64,000 nucleotides of DNA from Patescibacteria group bacterium (GTDB lineage: Bacteria > Patescibacteriota > Minisyncoccia > Phycocordibacterales > UBA918). Shown in pieces: positions 28,301 through 35,676 of the stretch. Made by a program: the position numbers and the translations under genes. The notes below the pieces were generated by a model, which did no database searches, was not told where the DNA came from, and was given only the letters and a program-made list of their open reading frames with translations. Each line of letters opens with the position of its first letter. Positions within the stretch are counted from its first letter, which is position 1. Location of the stretch: NCBI GenBank assembly GCA_019752815.1, contig JAIELQ010000007.1:115728-179727 (forward strand). The letters are read 5' to 3'.

Positions 28301-28497
28301 CATTGGCAGGCGGCTCAACCCGATTTTCACCATTAGATAGCTATGCGGGACTACAAACCACGCCACAAGAAGTGATGTATAGCTCTCTTCCCGCCGATGA
28401 TGTACATGATATTCTATACAGAGTAAGTGTCACTAACAGTCAACCGGCCGGCACCTACGAAACGGAAATTGTCTATTTGGCAGTGCCGACGTACTAA
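22342..28497 (+). CDS. Giant (2051 aa) membrane-anchored surface protein: BNR/Asp-box beta-propeller region followed by four ~160-aa repeats
   Basis: N-terminal TM. BNR motif YSKTTDGGNSWGG. Four internal repeats each contain [H/N]W[R]..D......[QK][FY][RQK][LV][EQ]Y......C.A...W[T]..[DG] and end [EY][LDA][EF][FY].......[Y]CFR[VM][TV]..G..L..Y.(N)YP. Confidence 0.7.
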   Translation: MGRYPSFFNCVRTHKCVSAFLLLLTIGAQFTFLEFLLPRIAQAAVVTIDATVSLTATEHLFAGSQTVFTTDQIGYKFYVDSSGVCAYSKTTDGGNSWGGAVTVDSKTDCTSIAVWYDRWTPGDAGNNIHISTMNVANATDVIWYNRLDTSSDTLLSGTTPINTVSNSAQVPTYVAGTNEQTISKSTTGVLYIAASDASDSFVIQCSTGCNTTTNWTQAGTNFMDLDNDWNLLMPILGGNMLLINRDISADDIRTRVWNGSTWSGSWTAVDSAAVEGATYDIAMAATQDHSSGDIYLAYAADNDSYTVLDHDVRTAKYVSGSWTSTANIFTNSTRGLTGIAISLDTNLGVIYVAYGLRTTPATATTGNIYYSTSTSAMSSWSAEQGPVNTTPGDLYGIDMNIMSDERIYATWQDPAPDDIFGETIANIAPVTKVSTLGTPATSVSASTSNFYTGGAFLIKESQVSRNVTDITISENGTVDGSGAIKNIKLFYDLDTSAPYDCVSETYSGLETQFGSTDVNGFTGADGVSSFNGLVNITPTQAMCVYTVVDVLDAALSASTLRVFIDNPGSDVLVSGGGLVTPDTPVAFVSGTTINNDTLTQTHYHWRNDNGNETAATSATGGIADTPIPALLQNTPRRLRVQVSNEGSLASPATQFRLEYAEAAPTCAAASGWTDVNATNDAWNMFDSTFVPNGSNTTDISVASGGMVNENTTFLTPNGGQLDTTSQTGPLTLTATNFVELEYSIVASSSAPQGTTYCFRVTSAGTVLPVYSVYPQVTVSADVSVSAIGTQASSAIIPTTNFQVGGTFVFTENVSSRNLTSITITETGSVNGATSLDNIRLRYDLDTTAPYNCASESYAGTETQFGATDTDGFSGPNGSSTFTGSVSLTTTQAVCMYTVFDITSAANNGEDIQIEIANGGNDVVVSAGAVGPTTPVLLAGTTTLSGAILAQTGYHWRTDSGSETTAPSATAGNQNTQLIEHAASSSIRLRLGVSNEGAATSTGAQYQLEYGPKITTCSAVSVWTSVDAANDDWNMFNSVNITDGANTTNIATSTGGVSDGNTTFVTPNGGVKDTSAVTGGITLTSTQFTELEFSITSTGITGSDVVYCFRVTNLGTELNQYDNYAEVRTAPKRDFKVQRGVTNVTGTGVTLTAGVNYTAPQASSSAFVRITNTQMTGAGRNAGGAAQNADDVTAYISNPGNIMTSFTISRPPAAIGNTQVYWEIIEFIGATSTDNEMKVLSAATVGMVSASTSATGTVVTGVTDDTDIVVYITGIENRDIGRNFYYAGAVTAEWDAALNRPVFRRGAGGAIINVSYAVVEYTGINWNIQRVEHTYASSTIIETETITPVNSLARTFIHAQKRINGLGNVNNYGHEVWLSSIGAVSFKLEDAATTPASHTSVVWVIENQQTSAGAMRVQRSNGNTTDGTEPVALSIPIFTPLNTITNASIFGTSRAVGANSNFPIPMAGLSITSTSSYLLWRSEATAALLTYRTEIVEWPINGLAVRQNYYRIYADNNSLLPTDPWPPGPSDLGENTPLSIADQPLGEADRVRLRMSLRVTNANLPVGLYDFKLQYGLRLTSCSAVAGWTDVGAASSSAIWRGYNATGTTNGADLSVNPPIFGDLVLSVSDIAGSYVEENPAPANPFGADPNRDIEYDFQLSHNGAMERSVYCFRMVRGDGTTLDGYLNYPQIRTAGFTPQTQNWRWYDDATNETPTTPLSAETVAPIEIQNDNTLALRVTVGEAKNVRGQNVKFKVQYDENPNFTNPRDVTATSTCTATSTWCYAVGGGADNATITTKVLTDADSCTSSVGEGCGTHNSSGVFVLGDTHEPGANREYAFYLRQVLARTGVVYYFRLYDTLNEVPVVLKSGSVYPSTVAETAKLSLTISGLPSGTTTAGVVTTATSTPSTINFGTIPINTPWYSAHRISVTTNAIDGYRVLSYARQQLLNSYGTAINSVTGTNAAPTSWAVGCQISAPGCIGYHTSDATLAGGSTRFSPLDSYAGLQTTPQEVMYSSLPADDVHDILYRVSVTNSQPAGTYETEIVYLAVPTY

Positions 28498-28502
28498 CTC
28501 CT

Positions 28503-29480
28503 ATGAAATACTTATTCCTTATTTGTCTTTTCTTTGCTTCAGTTCAGCCTATCTTGGCTGCTAATTATGCGGTTTCGCCGCTTTTGATTGAAAATACTAT
28601 CGAGCCGCGTGACATGTTTGAAGAGACTGTTAAAATAACCAATACCACTGATCGTAAGGTGCGGATTTTTCCAACAGTAAACGAAATTACTATTGGTGAA
28701 GGAGGTGAGGTAAAATCATTTGTTCCGGCGTCAATGAGTGACAATACAACTAGTATTACGAGCTGGATTGCGGTCACTCGTGGTCGAGTAGAAATTAATC
28801 CTGGTGAGACGATAAAAATTCCTATATCGTTTACTATCAATCCCAATGCAGTAGCAGGCGAGTACCATGCATTTATTGGTTTTGCTGAAGGTTCAAAACG
28901 TGATGAAGCCGAAGCGCTTGTGACCTCGGGTCGAGCACCGGGAGTGGTGGTGCGATTGTCACTTGTTGAAAAACGCACTGAATACCTGAGGCTGAACCGA
29001 TTTACCGTTGATCGATTTGTTACCGAATCAAATGATGCTGTTGTGAGTTATGAATTAGAAAATGTTGGCGGTCTACCAATAACACCAAATGGCGAAATCA
29101 TTTTCTATAACAATCGCGGGGTGGAAATAAATGCATTGCCTGTTAATCCAGAAGAAAGATCCATTAACCCACAAAGTAAAGTAACGTTTGAGCAAACTAT
29201 TCCAGAGCTCGGTGTGATTGGTCGCCACAAAGCTCTCTTAAATGTTGAGTATGGTACCGCAATGCGAGCTAACTTATACGATACAACCTATTTTAATGTG
29301 GTACCGGTACTGTATTTGGCACTTATCTTTGGTTTTCTATTACTCACATCATTACTACTTGCTTTATGGTATCATCGGTCGAAAACACGAATTAACGATC
29401 TTGATGAAGAGGTGTCGGTGTATGTTCGTAGTGGAATTGTTGGGGCAGAAAAAGACCATGATATCAATCTTAAAAAATAG
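28503..29480 (+). CDS. Secreted two-domain beta-sandwich protein with C-terminal TM anchor (paralogue of 9080 and 29458)
   Basis: Signal peptide MKYLFLICLFFASVQPILA. Motifs W.AV..G...I.PGET..IP.S.T, ENVGGLPI, C-terminal TM LALIFGFLLLTSLLLALWY. Confidence 0.55.
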   Translation: MKYLFLICLFFASVQPILAANYAVSPLLIENTIEPRDMFEETVKITNTTDRKVRIFPTVNEITIGEGGEVKSFVPASMSDNTTSITSWIAVTRGRVEINPGETIKIPISFTINPNAVAGEYHAFIGFAEGSKRDEAEALVTSGRAPGVVVRLSLVEKRTEYLRLNRFTVDRFVTESNDAVVSYELENVGGLPITPNGEIIFYNNRGVEINALPVNPEERSINPQSKVTFEQTIPELGVIGRHKALLNVEYGTAMRANLYDTTYFNVVPVLYLALIFGFLLLTSLLLALWYHRSKTRINDLDEEVSVYVRSGIVGAEKDHDINLKK

Positions 29481-31110
29481 CGCACTACTGATTTTTATAC
29501 TTGTAGGAGTATTTACAGTACCCCTAGTAACGTTAGCGCAGTCTGATCGTACTCAAACACTCAGTGTCTCACCAACTCTGTTTCAAATGTCGGCTAACCC
29601 AAGCCAGTCTTGGACCAGTGAAATTAGAGTAGTTAACGTCAATGATTACCCGATTACCGTATATCCGCAAGTGGTGAACTTCGCCCCATCGGGTGAGACC
29701 GGGACTGGTTCACTCATCCCAATCTTTGCAGAAGAAACCCAAGGAAAGACATTGGCAGAATGGGTAACTCTATCCCAGAGTGAAGTACTTATCCTTCCAC
29801 AACAAACTGTAACTATTCCATTTTCAGTAACAGTTGTTGATGACGCAGCTCCCGGTGGACACTACGCCGCTATCTTGGTAGGTACAAAACCACCGGCACG
29901 TACTAATGAAGCTGCTCAAGTGCAGACAGCACAATTTGTTACAGCGCTCATTTTTGTGCGCGTCTCAGGTGATGTTCTTGAAGCAGGAAATATTCGTGAA
30001 TTTACTACTGCAAAAACTATTAACTCAGAGCCGAACATACAGTTTGATGTTCGCTTTGAAAATACAGGCAATGTTCATTTGCAACCACAAGGAGATATTA
30101 CCATTACAAATATGTGGGGGAGTCAGCGTGGGGTTATTCCAATTAATTACCAAACACACTTTGGTAATGTACTCCCTAACAGTATACGAAAATTTAGTTT
30201 TACGTGGACAGGTGAACAGTCGTCGTATGATATTGGTCGTTTTAAAGCAATTGCTACATTGGGGTATGGGGAAGATACCAAAAATTTCGCCACCAGTACG
30301 ACCTATTTCTGGGTAATTCCTCTAAAACAAATTGCCTTTGTTCTAGGAGGGCTGCTTCTATTGTTTTGGTTCTTGAGTTTTGCAATTAAAATGTATATCA
30401 AACGCATGTTGACGTTGGCTGGACTTGATCCAGTCGCTCGACAGGCTACTTCAAGTCAAAAATATAGTGCCTACAGCACACACGCTGCTGTGCCAGCCAA
30501 GACAGTCATAATTCGTCGGTATCAAACCGTTACCGGACCAGTGAGGCATAGTATGTTTGAGTTAGTGCAAAATTTAAAATCCGCCAAAGCTATTAGTGAA
30601 GTAATTAAAATTATCATTACGTTTTTAATACGAAATAAAATCTTTATTTTGTTTATGGTTGTAATTGGAGGTTTATGCATGGTAACGTTTTGGTTTTTTG
30701 GTGATATGAATACAAAATCTCGTCCATATGATGTGAGTATTGTTAATCCAGATGCTACCGTAGTGATTTCGTCTGATGAAATACTTTATCGATCATTACC
30801 CGAATACGAGTTACCTGCTGGGGAGATGCAGATTGAAAAACCTTCATTTAAGGTCGAGCTTATAAATGCCAGTGGTGAGCCCGGTTTGGCTGCCAAAGCA
30901 AAACGAAAACTTGAGGCGTATGGGTATGATGTCACGACGATATCTAATGAACTAGGACGATCGGATACAAAATCAGTAATTATTTTTAATCAAGCCAATC
31001 AAGCAGCTGCACTAGAATTGAGTAAAAAACTTAATGGTGCGCTACTGTCGGTTGATGCGGGCATTTCTCCTGACCTTATTCGTGTCTATATCGGTACGGA
31101 CAATCGCTAA
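29458..31110 (+). CDS. Secreted two-domain beta-sandwich protein with TM anchor and additional C-terminal domain (paralogue of 9080 and 28503)
   Basis: Start moved to the internal Met (MISILKNSALLIFILVGVFTVPLVTLAQSD). The listed 29242 start would overlap the preceding gene by 239 nt. Motifs W..L.....L.P..T..IPFS.T, ENTGNVHL. TM FVLGGLLLLFWFLSF, then a second TM and a ~150-aa C-terminal domain. Confidence 0.55.
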   Translation: MISILKNSALLIFILVGVFTVPLVTLAQSDRTQTLSVSPTLFQMSANPSQSWTSEIRVVNVNDYPITVYPQVVNFAPSGETGTGSLIPIFAEETQGKTLAEWVTLSQSEVLILPQQTVTIPFSVTVVDDAAPGGHYAAILVGTKPPARTNEAAQVQTAQFVTALIFVRVSGDVLEAGNIREFTTAKTINSEPNIQFDVRFENTGNVHLQPQGDITITNMWGSQRGVIPINYQTHFGNVLPNSIRKFSFTWTGEQSSYDIGRFKAIATLGYGEDTKNFATSTTYFWVIPLKQIAFVLGGLLLLFWFLSFAIKMYIKRMLTLAGLDPVARQATSSQKYSAYSTHAAVPAKTVIIRRYQTVTGPVRHSMFELVQNLKSAKAISEVIKIIITFLIRNKIFILFMVVIGGLCMVTFWFFGDMNTKSRPYDVSIVNPDATVVISSDEILYRSLPEYELPAGEMQIEKPSFKVELINASGEPGLAAKAKRKLEAYGYDVTTISNELGRSDTKSVIIFNQANQAAALELSKKLNGALLSVDAGISPDLIRVYIGTDNR

Positions 31111-31182
31111 CTCTGTCTATAGTAGAGATAAAAAATGTTATACTTTAAAGAGTAGAACGTTATCCGTATAAAATATTACGTT

Positions 31183-31662
31183 ATGTCAAATCGAACAATT
31201 GTGCTGTTTGTAGCTCTTTTTGCACTTATTGTTGTCGGAATGTTTTTGTTTACCTATTTTTACCAAAAAAATACTGAGCCAGTAGCCTTACCCTCTGATC
31301 CAGCTGCGACCACCACTCAGAATAGTTATGGAGTTACTCGCATTGACGGCAAACATTTCTTTATCAATGGAGTGCACACCATTGTAGGTGAATTAGCTTT
31401 GCCTACTCCGTGTGGTTTACTCACTACTGAGTCCAGGGTGGCAGAATCGTTCCCTGAGCAAGTAACCTTTACGTTTGAAGTGGTTAATACGACCGAAGTC
31501 TGTGCGCAGGTGATCACTAATCAACGATTCAAAATTGATGCGTCTGCCAGTGACCAAGCGAACCTCACCGCAACATTCATGGGCAAGCCAGTTGAGTTAA
31601 ACTTGGTAGAAGCAGAGCCAGGTGAAACACCAGAGCAGTTCGAGTTGTATATTAAGGGCTAA
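31183..31662 (+). CDS. Small membrane-anchored secreted protein
   Basis: N-terminal TM IVLFVALFALIVVGMFLF. 159 aa. Confidence 0.45.
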   Translation: MSNRTIVLFVALFALIVVGMFLFTYFYQKNTEPVALPSDPAATTTQNSYGVTRIDGKHFFINGVHTIVGELALPTPCGLLTTESRVAESFPEQVTFTFEVVNTTEVCAQVITNQRFKIDASASDQANLTATFMGKPVELNLVEAEPGETPEQFELYIKG

Positions 31663-31714
31663 TACGACTGTAGTTTTAAAGTGTCCAGTCTCGTGAAAAT
31701 ATCTGAGGTAGCGT

Positions 31715-32275
31715 ATGATTACTAACATGAATCGAAAAAATCTCTTAGTGCTTGCAGTAATAATTGCAGTCATAGTATTGGTGGGTGGGGCGACATATTA
31801 TATTCGCACCACTGCTATTAAAGAGGCGCAAAACGAAGCTAACAAAACACTCTTTAGTGATGAGGATCAGGCAGTATTTCTTGATTCACAGAGTAATCCA
31901 ATCGAACTAGATACCTACGAAAATACTGTTTTAGTAGTAAATGTCTGGGCCAGCTGGAGCCCGTATACTGAGATTGAATTCCCAATTCTTAATGAGATCG
32001 CAACCCAATACAAAGATCGGGGAGTAAAAGTATTAGCGATGAATCGCAAAGAAAATCAAAACCAAATTGAACGGTATCTCGCTTCCATTCCAAAATACGA
32101 CAACATCGAACAAATTATTGATGTAAACGATTTCTTTTATGCCGGTGTAGATGGGTACGCAATGCCAGAAACTATTATTTATGATACAGACGGAAAAATC
32201 ATTCAACACATTCGGGGGGTAGTAGTAAAAAGTGAACTAGAAACCATTCTCAATACTATTCTCGAACAACAATAA
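31715..32275 (+). CDS. Thioredoxin-fold (TlpA/redoxin-like) membrane-anchored protein with degenerate active site
   Basis: N-terminal TM. The redoxin motif VVNVWASWSPYT sits where W-A-S-W-C-x-x-C is expected; both cysteines are replaced (SPYT). Confidence 0.55.
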   Translation: MITNMNRKNLLVLAVIIAVIVLVGGATYYIRTTAIKEAQNEANKTLFSDEDQAVFLDSQSNPIELDTYENTVLVVNVWASWSPYTEIEFPILNEIATQYKDRGVKVLAMNRKENQNQIERYLASIPKYDNIEQIIDVNDFFYAGVDGYAMPETIIYDTDGKIIQHIRGVVVKSELETILNTILEQQ

Positions 32276-32335
32276 GTAATACCCGTTTTTAAGTTTCATC
32301 AAGCTAGCCCCTAACAGCGATGCTTGCTATAGTAC

Positions 32336-33394
32336 ATGTATATGCAGCATACCCGTGCAGTTGAGTTTGCGTTTTTCTATGGAGCCCTCGCTATTGTGGG
32401 ATATATGGTGTGGCAAATTTTTGCTCCATTTATTACCGCCTTAGCCCTGTCTGCTATTATTGTGGTTATTTGTTACCCTTTATATGAGTTTATTTTAAAG
32501 TACCTCTCTCGAAAAAATCGTTCCATTGCAGCTTTTTTTACAACAATTATTGTGTTTGCATGTGTGGTGGTCCCGGTTTTTCTCATTTCTACCTTGCTCG
32601 TTAACGAATTCTTATCGTTCTACCGTACGATTGATGTAACGACACAGATGCCACTTGATAATGCGCTCAATAGTATAGAGTCAAAAATTCAAACGTTAAT
32701 ACCCGGCTTTGATCTAAATATTTCTGAACAACTCAAAACCAGTATCGGCTGGTTTACGCAAAATATCGGCTCAATTTTTGCTGGCACTGTATCATTTATC
32801 TTTGCCTTTTTGATCGCACTTCTGGGCTCATTTTACTTGTTCCGTGATGGTACGAAACTGGTTAATTGGATAATATCTGTAAGTCCATTAAAGGATACGG
32901 AAGATACGGCTATCTTTAATCGGGTGGCAGATTCTGTTCGTTCTGTAGTTACAGGAACCGTTCTCGTCGCGATAATCCAAGGGCTCTTAGCCGCGATTGG
33001 GTTTAGTATATTTGGAATTGATCGAGCAGTATTATGGGGTTCCATCGCTGCCTTTGGGGCATTGCTCCCAGGTATTGGAACAGCGGGAATCATGATACCT
33101 GCTGTTGCGTACTTATTCTTTACCGGCATGATTGGGAATGCTGCGGGACTCTTGATATGGGGTGTTGCCATGATAGTGATCGTCGATAACTTTATCGGTC
33201 CGCAATTAATGAGTCGGGGAAGTAATTTACACCCGTTTATTGTTTTGGTATCGGTCCTCGGTGGGGTATCATTATTTGGGCCTATTGGGTTTATTTTAGG
33301 TCCAGTGTGTATCAGTTTGTTTATGGTATTACTCGAAATTTACGGTGTGTACATGGACGCCGACCCTAAAACCACAGTCAAGAAACGAAAATAA
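32336..33394 (+). CDS. AI-2E family transporter (UPF0118/PerM-like)
   Basis: Eight predicted TM segments. Signature LLPGIGTAGIMIPAVAYLFFTG .. GPIGFILGP. Confidence 0.75.
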   Translation: MYMQHTRAVEFAFFYGALAIVGYMVWQIFAPFITALALSAIIVVICYPLYEFILKYLSRKNRSIAAFFTTIIVFACVVVPVFLISTLLVNEFLSFYRTIDVTTQMPLDNALNSIESKIQTLIPGFDLNISEQLKTSIGWFTQNIGSIFAGTVSFIFAFLIALLGSFYLFRDGTKLVNWIISVSPLKDTEDTAIFNRVADSVRSVVTGTVLVAIIQGLLAAIGFSIFGIDRAVLWGSIAAFGALLPGIGTAGIMIPAVAYLFFTGMIGNAAGLLIWGVAMIVIVDNFIGPQLMSRGSNLHPFIVLVSVLGGVSLFGPIGFILGPVCISLFMVLLEIYGVYMDADPKTTVKKRK

Positions 33395-33399
33395 TTTTT

Positions 33400-33828
33400 A
33401 TGCTAGAAAAACGTAATATTGAAGCCTTTCTTAAAGTAAACGGTATTCCTCCGACAGCCAAAGATGAAGAAATCCGCTCCGTGTTGCTTAGTGCACGTTG
33501 GAATAACAATGAAGTAGATACGGCCTTGATGGTGCTCAAGGAAAATATCAAAAGTAACGAAACACACGTCGATACACTTCATAAAGTTTTTAATTCAGAC
33601 GATAGATTGTCCGCTTCAGAAATATCTAAATTACTCGGGATCGACGTCACGTTGTCTGACAATGATGTGAACGACCTAAATGCCAAACATCAGCTTTCAC
33701 AAAATAGTACTGCAGTTATTACTTTTATTCTTTCGATTGTCATTGCTGTATCGAGCATAGGGTATTTAATGTACAAAGAACAAGCTGGTGTTTTTCACAG
33801 CACTGATACCTCTATCAATGTCAAATAA
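33400..33828 (+). CDS. Hypothetical protein with C-terminal TM
   Basis: 142-aa ORF. TM AVITFILSIVIAVSSIGYLMY. Confidence 0.4.
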   Translation: MLEKRNIEAFLKVNGIPPTAKDEEIRSVLLSARWNNNEVDTALMVLKENIKSNETHVDTLHKVFNSDDRLSASEISKLLGIDVTLSDNDVNDLNAKHQLSQNSTAVITFILSIVIAVSSIGYLMYKEQAGVFHSTDTSINVK

Positions 33829-34888
33829 GTATTTGTTATTTCCACTGTTTGGTGTCGCTGTGCCGATCCTTCTGTACCTTGCTGTGACTGAGATTCGTGC
33901 TCGAATGGAAGTTGAGCTACCAGCAGTTGGTACACTTGAAGAAAAAAAATTCCCGCAAGAACGTGCGTCACAAGAAATAGTATTTACTGGTGATGTGTTG
34001 CTTGCTCGAAATATTGAACAATTAATTAGACGCAAAGGTGATCTGTACCCGTTTATAAAAATGACTCAAATTTTTGGCGGTGCACAAACCGTGATTGGAA
34101 ATTTTGAATCAGCAATTTTAGAAAATCATGTTCCTACTCCTGCCTACGTCACTACGTTTTCGACTGATAAAAACATAATACCCCTATTAGTCGAAGCTGG
34201 CTTCACTAATCTTTCTTTAGCTAACAATCATTCCTTTGATTATGGAGCTGAAACATTTGCACATACGGTAACGACACTAGCTGACGCTCGTTTGTTACCG
34301 TTTGGACATCCACAAAATAGTACCAGTTCACTCACTACCACATTCACTTCTGGTGATTACACTATTGGTTTGTTGGCACTTAATCAGGTATTTGTGTCAT
34401 TGCCCTGGACGGCTATCGAAGCATCTTTGGTGGAATTAGCTCAGGTCAGTGATTACCAAGTTGCATATATTCACTGGGGTGACGAGTATGTACTGAAGCA
34501 TAATCAAACCCAAGAAGATACCGCTCGACGGTTAATTGATCTAGGAATTGATGCAGTGGTGGGTCATCACCCGCACGTGACTCAAGATATTGCTGTATAT
34601 AATGGCAAACCAATATTTTACTCATTAGGGAATTTTTTGTTTGACCAATATTTTTCGGTCGATGTTCAACAAGGGTTGGTTCTAAAATTAAAATTAGCTA
34701 CATCTACCGCTGAGTTTACTCTAGTGCCAATTAGTAGTGAGGGAACACCCTCTCAGCCACATCTGATGCCTGAAGTTGAGGCTAGTCTGTTTCTTAAGAA
34801 TCTAGCCCGGCGCAGTGACCCCCTGTATGCAGAAAATATAGCCCAGGGTAAGCTTATTTTGCCAATTAACCTTGCAACTTATCCGTAA
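33788..34888 (+). CDS. CapA/PgsA-like metallophosphoesterase (poly-gamma-glutamate capsule synthesis family)
   Basis: N-terminal TM, then FTGDVLLARNIE .. ANNHSFDYG .. HWGDEY .. GHHPHVTQ. 5' end overlaps the previous ORF, so the start is uncertain. Confidence 0.65.
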   Translation: MFFTALIPLSMSNKYLLFPLFGVAVPILLYLAVTEIRARMEVELPAVGTLEEKKFPQERASQEIVFTGDVLLARNIEQLIRRKGDLYPFIKMTQIFGGAQTVIGNFESAILENHVPTPAYVTTFSTDKNIIPLLVEAGFTNLSLANNHSFDYGAETFAHTVTTLADARLLPFGHPQNSTSSLTTTFTSGDYTIGLLALNQVFVSLPWTAIEASLVELAQVSDYQVAYIHWGDEYVLKHNQTQEDTARRLIDLGIDAVVGHHPHVTQDIAVYNGKPIFYSLGNFLFDQYFSVDVQQGLVLKLKLATSTAEFTLVPISSEGTPSQPHLMPEVEASLFLKNLARRSDPLYAENIAQGKLILPINLATYP

Positions 34889-34898
34889 AACGGTATGA

Positions 34899-35459
34899 TT
34901 GCACCATAAATTATTGTATATGTTTAACAAATTTGAACTCTTAGGAATTGGCGCCAGTATCATGTCCATGGCGGTAGCGCTGTATCTCATTAATCTTGAG
35001 ACCTCAGTGTTAAGTACAGCTGATACCGATACGCAGCTCGCCCAATCAGCAGTTGTTACCGTGGGTAACGGTAGTGACGAACAAACAGAGTTACGAAATG
35101 CATTACTAGAAGGCACTAATCAAAATGGTACTGTGGAAAAATTAATTATCGATGATGTAGTAGTGGGGGGAGGAACTGAGGCTAAAACGGGAGACACCGT
35201 GTCAGTGCACTATGTTGGTACATTACCGAATGGTCAAGAATTTGATAACTCAAACAAACGAGGTGAAGCCTTTGAATTTACCTTGGGTGAAGGTCGCGTG
35301 ATCAAGGGCTGGGAAGAAGGAGTGGTTGGTATGAAGGTGGGCGGTAAGCGTATCTTGGTGATTCCGTCAGATTTGGCGTATGGGGATTCAGGTTACGGCC
35401 CAATCCCACCTAAAGCTACTCTAGTATTCTCAATCGAACTGCTGGGGGTTAATGAGTAA
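34899..35459 (+). CDS. FKBP-type peptidyl-prolyl cis-trans isomerase with N-terminal TM anchor
   Basis: C-terminal FKBP domain GDTVSVHYVGTLPNGQEFDNS..FEFTLGEGRVIKGWEEGVVGMKVGGKRILVIPSDLAYGDSG. Confidence 0.85.
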   Translation: MHHKLLYMFNKFELLGIGASIMSMAVALYLINLETSVLSTADTDTQLAQSAVVTVGNGSDEQTELRNALLEGTNQNGTVEKLIIDDVVVGGGTEAKTGDTVSVHYVGTLPNGQEFDNSNKRGEAFEFTLGEGRVIKGWEEGVVGMKVGGKRILVIPSDLAYGDSGYGPIPPKATLVFSIELLGVNE

Positions 35460-35469
35460 AATCACTTCA

Positions 35470-35550
35470 TCTGCTGTGTTGTGGTGCGCAAATTTTTGTT
35501 CACCTTACGAAAAGTAAGGCTCACGAAAAATTTACTTCCACGCCTTGCAT
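35470..35550. repeat. 3'-UTR repeat family, copy F
   Basis: GCGCAAATTTTTGTTCACCTTAC-GAAAA-GTAAGGCTCACGAAAAATTTACTTCCACGCCTTG. Hairpin arms carry compensatory changes (CCTTAC/GTAAGG versus CCGTAC/GTACGG in copy A). Confidence 0.55.
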
Positions 35551-35590
35551 CTAAAGCAATTTAACTCATTAACCTGAGTTGATAGCAAGA

Positions 35591-35632
35591 ACACAAAACC
35601 ACTGACCTTCGGTCAGTGGTTTTGTGTTCTGG
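35591..35632. terminator. 17-bp perfect hairpin (probable bidirectional/intrinsic terminator)
   Basis: ACACAAAACCACTGACC-TTCG-GGTCAGTGGTTTTGTGT. Confidence 0.55.
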
Positions 35633-35676
35633 TAGCCTGTATTAATGATAATTATCGTGTATAGTAGCGGGTACAA

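Noticed and set aside
29242-29457. Upstream extension of ORF 29242..31110
   Set aside because: It would overlap the preceding gene by 239 nt. An internal Met at 29458 immediately precedes a typical signal peptide.
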